Shown here: positions 20,585 to 29,243 of the stretch, one piece after another
Position numbering within the stretch: position 1 is the stretch's first letter
Layout: every line of letters starts with the position of its first letter
NCBI GenBank assembly: GCA_964437055.1
Contig: CAYTFB010000002.1
Span: 1-39,803, forward strand
DNA: 39,803 bases
Direction of reading: 5' to 3'
Source of the DNA: an uncultured Candidatus Peribacteria bacterium
GTDB taxonomy: Bacteria > Patescibacteriota > Gracilibacteria > Absconditabacterales > Absconditicoccaceae
Notes under the pieces: generated by a model
The model's input: the letters and a program-made list of their open reading frames with translations, nothing else
Told to the model about the DNA's origin: nothing
Databases searched by the model: none
Position numbers and translations under genes: made by a program

Positions 20585-21133
20585 ATGGATTTGAAAAACT
20601 ACGAACAAGCAATGCAAAAAGCTTTAGATTTTCTCTTGCGTGAGTTTTCATGATTGCAGGTTGGGAGGGCTACGAGTTGATTGGTAGAAAATCTCAATGT
20701 AGATACTGATTATGGAACGATGAAACTTAATGCTTTGGGACATATTACCGTTATGGATACTACCACTCTCAAGATAGAACCACGAGATAAAACCAATGCA
20801 AAATCCATTACTAATGCAATCTATGAAGCAAATCTTGGAGTAGGAGTTGATAATCAGGGTTCTCATATTTTGGTAAAAATTCCGGCATTGACCCAGGAGA
20901 GGAGAGAGGCAATTACCAAACAAGTTAAAGCGATGGGAGAAGAAACCAAAGCTCAGATTAGGTTGGTGAGACAAGATGCAATGTCGATATCTAAAAAACT
21001 TTTTGGAGACAAAGAAATTTCAGAAGATGCTCACAAAGTAAATGAAAATAATATTGAAAATCTGACTAAACAAATGAATCTCAAGGTAGATGAAGTGGTA
21101 AAGGTGAAATCTGAAGAAGTGATGAAGTTATAA
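20585..21133 (+). CDS. frr: Ribosome recycling factor
   Basis: Starts MDLKNYEQAMQKALDFLLREFSgLQVGRATSgLVENLNVDTDYG... It joins ORF 20681..21133 (offset 96 nt). It also reads ..IPALTQERREAITKQVK.. and ..ISEDAHK... Confidence 0.92.
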
Positions 21134-21159
21134 TTTTTATTCTTTTTTGATATAAATAA

Positions 21160-21966
21160 ATGAATCGATTCAAGATTCTTTGGGCAGAAATCCTATATCG
21201 CCCAATCTTCAATTTATTGGTGATTTTTCTAGCAATTTTCTGAGGGAATTTGGGACTTGCTATTGTTTTTCTTACTTTGGTAGTGAGATTTGCTCTGATA
21301 AAAACTAGCGTTGCTGGAGCAAATATGGGAGCAGGAATGTCCAAAATTCAACCTAAAATGGAAGAGATTCAAAAAAAATATGCGGATAATCCTGAAAAAA
21401 TATCAGAGGAAACTATGAAACTTCTCAAAAAAGAAGGAGGAGCCCCACTCAAAGGGTGTTTGGGAATGTTGGTACAATTGCCAGTATTTATCTGACTTTT
21501 CTTTGTGGTTAGACAATTTGTAGCAGGGACGGTACCTGCAGATTGGCTTTATAGCTTTTTTTGGAGTTTTGGAAATAAATATCTAGATGTTGCAAATATT
21601 AATGCTAATTTTTTAGGAATTAATCTTTTTGAGACTGGAAATTGGATTCTTACAGGATTAGTTGCTATCCTCAATTATATTCAGTTTCAATTGACTAGTC
21701 TCACTCAAAAAAATGCTCCGGCACAAAACTCAAATATCCCTGGTGTAAAGATGCCCGATATGTCAAAAATGATGGGAATGATGAATATTATGATGACTGC
21801 GATGATGGCGACTTTTGTATATTCTGTACAATCGGCGGTAGGAATTTATATTCTTACTACTTCGGTATTTAGTATCGTTCAGTACAGTATTCAGTATAGG
21901 GTTTTGCTCAGAGCAAAATGGGATAGTATTTTTCACAAAGACAAACCACAAATCATTTCTAAATAA
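21160..21966 (+). CDS. yidC: Membrane protein insertase YidC/Oxa1 family (short form)
   Basis: Joins ORFs 21250..21495 and 21505..21966 with an upstream piece (offsets 90 and 345 nt). It reads ..LAIVFLTLVVRFALIKTS..KIQPKMEEIQKKYADNPEK..GCLGMLVQLPVFIgLFF... Confidence 0.88.
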
Positions 21967-21997
21967 TGTAGAATTTATTTTTCTTATCAGTAATTAT

Positions 21998-22339
21998 ATG
22001 GCAAGTAGGACTAATAAACAAGGAATTGCAAAAAAGAAAGCTCAACAGCAAAAGCAAGCAAGTAGACTAAAAGGAGCAAAAAGATTTGACTATCCAAGGA
22101 GAAAGTTGGATTTGGAAGAGGCAAAAATGCTTTGAGTCGTTGGAGAGTGGGTAAATCCTAGATGAGCTACTTACAATTGGTTTTTAAGAGGGAGAAAAGT
22201 TTGTTGGGAAACAAGGATGAGACTTGATCCAGATGGATATAGATATATTAGGACTCCTTCTGGAGGTTCAGAAATGGTTTCTGTATCGGCTTCTGGTTGG
22301 GTGAGAACCAAACTTAAAAAATCTTTGAGAACTAGATAG
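21998..22339 (+). CDS. Small, very basic orphan protein (113 aa)
   Basis: Starts MASRTNKQGIAKKKAQQQKQASRLKGAKRF..MLgVVGEWVNPRgATYNWFLRGRKVCWETR... Two in-frame TGA, stop TAG at 22337. I recognise no family. Confidence 0.6.
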
Positions 22340-22370
22340 TCGTGGTGTAGTAGTGTTTTAAAAAAAGTAA

Positions 22371-22402
22371 AGAGAGATTGTGCTATTCAGTCTCTTTTTT
22401 TT
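22371..22402 (+). terminator. Rho-independent terminator after the small basic ORF
   Basis: AGAGAGATTG (22371-22380) pairs with CAGTCTCTTT (22388-22397), allowing G-U pairs, and runs into a T tract. Confidence 0.5.
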
Positions 22403-22428
22403 GACAAGAAAAAAACTTTGGATATACT
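22401..22428 (+). promoter_or_regulatory. Near-consensus promoter TTGACA-N16-TATACT upstream of the AMP phosphorylase gene
   Basis: TTGACA at 22401-22406 and TATACT at 22423-22428, about 40 nt upstream of the start codon. Confidence 0.5.
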
Positions 22429-22464
22429 TGACACTGAAAGTTTTATTTTATTTTTTATATCAAA

Positions 22465-24027
22465 GTGATGATTACAAAAAAAACCAAACAAAAAGTCGTA
22501 AAAAATGGATTTAATGAAGTATTAGAGTCTTTTTATTTAGCAAAAGTTCAGCTCCTAGATATCAGAGATGGAGAAAAAATGATCATCCTCCTCAATCCCA
22601 AACAAGCTACTGCTTTTGGGATCAATATCCATGATAGAGTAAGTTTGATCAGGGAAAATGATGAAAAACTTGTAGTAGAGGTTGGATTTTCTGCTGCTGT
22701 TGCTGAGTGACATGTGGCACTCTTTGCTGATGTGACAGAACAAGTTGCATTTAAAAATAATGAAATAATTGCTATCAAGTTGGCAGAAAGTTCTAGTATT
22801 GCGAATAATGCTATTAGGAAAAAAATGAAAGGAGAAGCAATTTCTTATGATGAAATGTTTGCGATTATCAAAGATATTTCAGAAAATAAACTAGATGAAA
22901 TTATGATGACTTACTATGTAGCATCCAGTTTTTTCTATCCTACGACAGATCTAGAGATGTATCAGACCGCTAAAGCGATGGCAGAAAATGGAGAAATGTT
23001 TCGTTACCCTGAGGGAGAAATTGTCGCGGATAAGCACTGTATTGGAGGAGTACCTGGAAATGAGACAACGATGATTTTGATTCCTTTGATTGCGAGTTTG
23101 GGGATCAAGATTCCTAAAAACTTTTCCAAATCCATTACCTCTCCGGCAGCTACAGGAGAATGTGTAAATGTATTGATGGATATTTCTTTCAATAGAACTG
23201 AGATAGAACAATTGGTTCAGGATTTGAATTGTTGTTTGGTTCGATGAGGAGGATTAGCACTAGCGCCGGCAGATGATAAACTCATCAAAGTGCAGTATCC
23301 TCTCTCCATGCAATCAAGAGCAAAGGTAGTAAGTTCGATTATGGCCAAAAAATATGCGATGGGAATCACTCATTTATTGATTGATGTGCCAGTAGGTCCA
23401 ACTGCGAAAGTCACTACCATGGAAGAAGCAAAGGACTGGAAAAAGAAATTTGAATATGTGGGGAAAAAACTCTGAATCCTAACAAAAGTAGCAATTACTC
23501 CAGCAAATGAAGTGATCTGAAATGGAGTAGGTGCAAAATTACAGGTCCGTGAAGTACTGAGGGTATTACAACAACACCCTTTGAGACCGAAAGATTTGGA
23601 AGAAAAAACTCTCCTTTTGGCACAAGATCTCATTGAGATGGTTGGTTTGGCGAAAGGAAAGGTAGCATACAAATTGGCAAAAGAACAGCTCACTTCTGGT
23701 AAAGCTCGAGCAAAAATGCAAGAAATTATCCAGGTACAGAGAGGAAATCCGGAAATTACTTCAGAAGCTTTAGAACTCTGAAAAGCTACCCAAGAGATGC
23801 TTGCAGAAAAAGATGGAAAAGTTACTGCGATCAATCTTCATGATGTTAATTTAATCTCTAGAAAATTAGGTTGTCCAATCATTGATGAAGCAGGAATGTA
23901 CTTGCATAAAAAAATCGGAGATCCCGTAAAGAAAGGAGAGCCACTTTGTACGCTCTATGCAGATGATGAGACAAAGCTTGGATTTGGAGTAGAAAGATTT
24001 AAAGAAGGAAGTCCTTTTGAATATTAA
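22465..24027 (+). CDS. deoA: AMP phosphorylase-like, archaeal-type member of the thymidine phosphorylase family (about 520 aa)
   Basis: Five track ORFs (22465, 22714, 23290, 23581, 23797) share one frame (offsets 249, 825, 1116 and 1332 nt) and are joined by TGA. It reads ..[25 protein letters not shown].., ..[14 protein letters not shown].. and ..[22 protein letters not shown]... It also has the extra N-terminal domain typical of AMP phosphorylases ([38 protein letters not shown]). Confidence 0.85.
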
Positions 24028-24051
24028 AATATAGTATTATAATATTTATTT

Positions 24052-24077
24052 AAAGCTACTTTAAAGTAGCTTTTTTT
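24052..24077 (+). terminator. Strong Rho-independent terminator after deoA
   Basis: A perfect 9-bp stem AAAGCTACT / AGTAGCTTT with loop TTAA, followed by a T tract. Confidence 0.75.
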
Positions 24078-24636
24078 GTTTTTTAAAATTAAAGATTCAA
24101 ACTCTTTTGAAATACAGTTAATTTAAAGTTTTGTTCTTTAAAATTGTGAATAAATATTTACATAGATGTTATCTTTTTTTGATAGTCTATGTTTAATTTT
24201 TTATTTAAAAAATTAAAATTGAATAATTTTATGATTTTTTATCTAGATATCAAATTTTTTTAAAAGATACTCAAAAAGATTGAAAAAATTAAAAAAAGTT
24301 TTTGGTGAATTAGTAAGAAACTTGTGCTAAATGCTGCCAAAAAAGCCATGAAGTATTGTGATTTAGAATTACTGTATCTCTTCAACAAATATTAGAATTA
24401 GAGAAAATGGTTGAGGATGCGGTAATTTTTGATTATTAAAGTTGACAAGAATGGTTTTCTGTAATACAAAAGATTTTTCCTCAACAGAATCTATAAGAAT
24501 GGTTTTAAGATATCTAAAAAAACCTTCAGGATATGCAAAGAGTCTTAGAACAACACACTACTATCATCTCACAGAAATAATACTACAGAAATTTATTCTT
24601 AATAAAGTGAAATATAGTTAGAGTTGTGTTCTCCTT

Positions 24637-25581
24637 CTAAATTTTGGTAGTATCCCAAGGTCTCCATCCTTGGTAATAAAGTTCTTGCTTTCCTTGGCTG
24701 AGATATTTTCCTAGAAAGAGATTTGCGAGAAAGTTATATTTTTTATTGAGTACTGGATTGTCTTTCCCTATTTCTTGAAAGAGTTGGTTATTGGTGAGAT
24801 AGAGATTGAAACACTCTGCGAAATCCTCAAAAGGATTGCTCATCCCATATCCACTACAGAAGTCCTCTTTCTTTGCCTTTTCTTGTCTGATATCTTCCGT
24901 CCATCGTGAATAACGATAAAACTCCAAGGAAGGATCATCTATCTCAAAAACAGTCCTACCAAATTCTGTAAAATTTCCATTTTTGGCTCTACTTTTTCCT
25001 TGCAAACTTCCCAGATCCACGATATGTCCAAACTCATGGACCAAAACTTTATAAAATTCAGAAAGATCTGCAAAAGATGCGAGATTGATGGTTATTTTTT
25101 CCCAAGTAGCTCCTCAGCGCCTATTTCCGAGTGCATTATTGATGATTAGATGTTTGAATACCTCTTTTAGACTTTTCCCTTTACTAAGTGAACTCTGGAG
25201 AAAACTATAAATCTCTAGATGATTTTGAAAAGTCAGATTTTGATCTGCTATGGAGATTGTTCCAGAATAGATAATTTTTTCACAGAGCTGAGGATAGTTT
25301 GGGCAGGTTTCTGCAAAAGAAAGTTGGGAAAAATCCAGATTTCAAAATCCTTTGGGACTAAAGTGTTCTAGGTTGTTTTCAATCTCCTCTAGCTCTTTAT
25401 CTGAATTATTTTCTATCTTTTCTTCAACTTGTTCTAGAGGAAGATATTCTTGCTGGATCATGCTGTTAGGATTGCCTACATCTTTGCTAAAAATTACTAA
25501 TCATAAAAAACATAGCAGTGTGGCTCCTAGGAGTTTATAAATCTCATACTGATGTTTGTGGACCCAAGAGCGTAGCTCCAT
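24637..25581 (-). CDS. Membrane-anchored zinc metallopeptidase-like protein (HEFGH ... EDFAE)
   Basis: Extends ORF 24637..25044(-) upstream through TGA at 25114, 25342 and 25501. It has an HExxH motif (VLVHEFGHIVD) and a downstream NPFEDFAECF that could supply a third ligand (gluzincin-like). The N-terminus MELRSWVHKHQYEIYKLLGATLLCFLgLVIFS contains a TM helix. The start at 25579-25581 is tentative. Stop is TAG at 24637. Confidence 0.7.
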
Positions 25582-27748
25582 ACCAGAGAATATCATGTAA
25601 AATCGTGGCTTGTTGTTTACCTTTATTATTATACACAATTAGATCAAAAATTGCAACTTTTTGAGCAAAAAGCTGGAGTAAAAAATTATAACCACCGATG
25701 ATAATTGTTTTCCCTTGTTGTTGAGCTTTAAAAATATTTTTTCCCACACCACCAGTGATATTTTCTACCAAGAGAGTATATTCTTTGTCAAATCCTGCTG
25801 CTATCAGAGATTCAAAGATTTCTTTAGATTCTGTTTTGATGACTGAGAGGATAAAAATGGTTGCATTGGGAGCTTTACTGAGATCAAAATGCTGAATTCT
25901 TTGTTTGATTGCAGGGATTTTCAAGGCAGGAAGTTCTAGTTTTGGGAGATTTTTGTTTTGAGATTTTTCTGCTTCTTGAGTGATGGTTTCAGGGAGAAGT
26001 AACTGTCTTACTTGATCATGATGGCTGAGGAAAAGCGTATGATGTGAAGCAAAGATATCCAAAAACTCTTCCCAATTGGTAAAGCTTGTCTCTTGAGCAT
26101 AGAGAAAATAAAATCCTGACTTTTCATACATTTTCTTTTCTACCTTCATCAATCCTTGGAAAATTTCTAGCATTTCAAAAAATTGTTTCCATAAGGTGCT
26201 AAATTCTTCTGGATTGAGTAATTTTTCCAAAAACATTTCATAGTTTCTGAGTTTTTCGATCAATTTATTACTCTGATAAAAAGCGATATTGCCGATGATA
26301 GGATTTAAGGTGATTTCGCTGGCATCAGTATGGGTAAAAAATCTTTTCGTTTCTTGTCCCAAGATTCCGATAAACATCAAAAATTCCTGCTGAAAATTTA
26401 CGAGATGAGCATAGTCAGAATCATGGATTTTGTTGTATTCTAGCTGTAGTTGATATTTATATACGAGCATCTCGATATAATTGATGGTATAGTTTGGATC
26501 ATAAGGGCGAGAACGAAAAAAGTTATAATTTTTGTATCGCCATTCAGTATCAAAAAAGATAATTCCATAATCTTCAAATGCTTTTTCTCTATTTTCTAGA
26601 AACGCAAACAATCCCCCATGAGTGGTTAAAATGAGAGGATAGTTTACGGATTCTCTTTGATCTTTGAGGGCGGTGTAGATTTCATAATTTGCTTTGCTAT
26701 TGAGATCTAGTACTCCTAGTCCCTGTTCTAGATGAGAAAAATATTTGATCAAAAACAAAAATTCTAAAAAATTAAACTGCTCTTTATTGACGAAATCTTC
26801 TAATGCTTGCCTATTCAAGGTTTGTTCCGGTTTGAGGAATCCTAAGTTTTTGATCCCCATTTCGTTGAGAATGTTTTTTGCAATCGCAAACTTTGCTTGA
26901 TTGGAAAAGGCAAGAATCAATTTTTGCTGTTTGGCAAATGCTTGCAAGAGTAGTTTGAGTTTGAGATGATCGTAGCGATATCTTTGCCCATGGGGGTAGT
27001 TTTTGAGATCAAAATCATAATCAGATTCTTTGATGCTGGTATTGGCTGGACTGATTTTTTTGAGGGGAGGAATGCTGATTTTATCATTACTTTCTCAGTT
27101 TTGAGGATCATTAAGATAAAAAAAATCAGAATCTGTTTTTTGAAAGGTTTGCCAAAGTTGTGGATAGTTTTCTCCAATCAAATAAATGCGCTCGATGAGG
27201 TAGAGGAAGAGTGATGCGGTCAACTTTGCATCAAAAAGTGCATCATGAAAATTTGCTCCTTGATTGAGATTACAGCCAAATTCTTTGCAATATTTACTGA
27301 AATTCCCCTGGATTGAGAGTTTTTCTACCAAGACCTCCAATGCATAGCTAGGAGTGTAATGGATTAAACTTTGTGCTAAGGGAAATGTATCAATACTCGC
27401 AAACCATTTAAGTGAAGGAAAGAACTTTTGTAAAAAATGGGTATCAAAGGCAATATTGTGTCCTACAATGACCGTATTTTCTCAGAAAAAATGCTCAATC
27501 TCTTCCACGATTTGTGCTGGATAAGGTGCTTTTTGGAGTTGTTCTAGAGAGAGTCCTGTGATAAATCCAACGATACTTTTGAGTTGTTGAGTGTCTCTTT
27601 GAGGTTTTAAGAGTGATTGAAAAGATTGCAACAACTTTCCTTGTGGATCAAATTCTAGTATTCCAATTTGGATAGGCTCATCACAATCCAAATCTAATCC
27701 GGTAGTTTCAAAGTCTAGAGCCAAGTAGCGATAGTTGGGATTGAGCAT
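25535..27748 (-). CDS. dinG: DnaQ-type 3'-5' exonuclease fused to a DinG-like helicase-like domain (about 737 aa)
   Basis: ORFs 27482..27748, 27095..27340 and 25544..26947 (all minus strand) share a frame and are joined through TGA at 27482, 27095 and 25544. Stop is TAA at 25535. Exonuclease motifs are LALDFETTGLD, VGHNIAFDTHFL and HDALFDA. The C-terminal two thirds are colinear with DinG-type proteins, but I could not find a GxGKS/T Walker A or a DEAH box. Confidence 0.75.
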
Positions 27749-27915
27749 AAAAAATATAAGATATCATTATTAAAAAGCGCGATTACTATTGAGTATAGTA
27801 TAGATTTTTATGTCTATTTTACAATAGGGAATTGTTTTATTATCCCTTGATATTTTTTTTCTTATAAATATCATCATGAGGTGAGCTTATCTTTTTATTT
27901 TATTATTTTTTTCTT

Positions 27916-28560
27916 ATGAAAGAGTTATTTAAAAAACCTTTATTATGGGGATGGATTGCTTGAGGAGTGATCATTATTCTTTTACTTCTTGCTTGGATCT
28001 TTGGATGGTTTAGTTTCAAAGGTATGCTTGGAACTACTATTTTATCTTTTGAAAATAATGAAACAATGAATGTAAAGGAAACAGTAAATCAGGTTGCGGA
28101 TCTAAATGATAAAGTATTTGTTGACTATATTGGAAAGTTTGAAGATGGAGAGCTTTTTGACACTAGTTTTGAACAACTTGCGAAAGAAAATGATCTTTAC
28201 CAAGAGGGTAGACCTTATGAACCACTTTCTTTTGTGATAGGAGAAGGAGGAATGATTGCTGGATTTGAAAATGGTGTTTTAGATATGAAGGTTGGAGAAA
28301 CAAAATCTATTATTATAGATCCTATTGATGCTTATGGAGAGGCAACTTACAAAATTCCATTAGCCCTTTCTTCTCCTGATAATGTAGAGTTTGTAAATTA
28401 TAAGATTTGAGAATCTATAGATCTTTGAGGAGGGTTTGAAGCAATAGTTGTAGAAAAAGATGAAGAAACAATTACATTAGAAATGGATAATCCTCATCCC
28501 TTGGCTGGTAAAACTTTGATTTTTGATATTACTCTAGTAAATCTAGAAAAAAATCAATAA
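27916..28560 (+). CDS. FKBP-type peptidyl-prolyl isomerase, SlyD-like, with an N-terminal TM anchor
   Basis: Starts MKELFKKPLLWGWIAgGVIIILLLLAWIFGWF.. and continues ..VFVDYIGKFEDGELFDTSF..MIAGFENGVLDMKVGE..HPLAGKTLIFDITLV... It contains ORF 27967..28410 (offset 51 nt). Stop is TAA at 28558. Confidence 0.85.
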
Positions 28561-28626
28561 TATTCAGATTCCTTTGTTTTCTCTCAATTTTTTGATTCTC
28601 TATACTTTATTGTTTGTATTACCATT

Positions 28627-29076
28627 ATGCAGATTTATTCATGAGAAATTTTTGAAAAATGAATTTGGTGGTACCTCATTTTTGCTGCACTGCTTCTCGT
28701 TGTGATTATTGTTTCTCTATGGTATAAAAACTTTTGGTGAGTAGTTGTTATATTGCTACTCTTGGCAGGATATTTCTTTTTTATGCTCAAAAGCTATACT
28801 GAAACGAATATGTCCTTGGGAGAACAGTCACTTAGTATAGGAGAGAGAAATATTCCTTATGCTCTTTTGAAAGGTTTCCTTTTAGAGCAGGATCTCAAAA
28901 CTGGAGCTTTGAAAAATATCGTCTTAGTTTTTGAGCATACGGTGGAAATTTATAGTCTCAAGGATGATCTTTGGCAGATTCAAGGATTTGTGGAGGATTT
29001 TTCTCAAGTAGTTCCTCTTTTAGAAGGTTATGAACAAACAACTTTTGAGAGGTTCCTTAGAAAGTGTAAATTATAA
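28627..29076 (+). CDS. Small membrane protein (two predicted TM helices plus a roughly 90-aa soluble domain), function unknown
   Basis: Starts MQIYSgEIFEKgIWWYLIFAALLLVVIIVSLWYKNFWgVVVILLLLAGYFFFML... It joins ORF 28753..29076 (offset 126 nt). Confidence 0.65.
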
Positions 29077-29243
29077 GAACCTCACTAGATTGAAAGATAC
29101 TATATCTGAAATTAAACTCTAATTTTAAAATTAAGTTCTAAAAGGCCCTTTGATGGGTCTTTTTCTTATCCTTGTTTATCTAGAGGAATTCTTTATAGTT
29201 TATTTTTATGAGTCTTGAAGGTAAAGTATTGAATTAGGATAGA

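Noticed and set aside
19552-20643. Plus-strand track ORFs 19552..19791 and 20302..20643
   Set aside because: They are antisense to P4 or span the P4/frr divergent spacer. The true frr start is ATG 20585, in the frame of ORF 20681..21133.
23370-23834. Track ORF 23370..23834 (-), 154 aa
   Set aside because: It is antisense to the AMP phosphorylase gene, whose five + strand fragments are colinear in a single frame.
24540-24600. 17-codon Cys-rich minus-strand mini-ORF (MIVVCCSKTLCISgRFF) in the 24.1-24.6 kb gap
   Set aside because: It is too short, I see no ribosome-binding context, and an ORF of this length is expected by chance.
26917-27214. Track ORFs 26917..27177 (-) and 26966..27214 (+)
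   Set aside because: They are out of frame with, or antisense to, the continuous dinG-like gene. That gene links ORFs 27482..27748, 27095..27340 and 25544..26947 in one frame.
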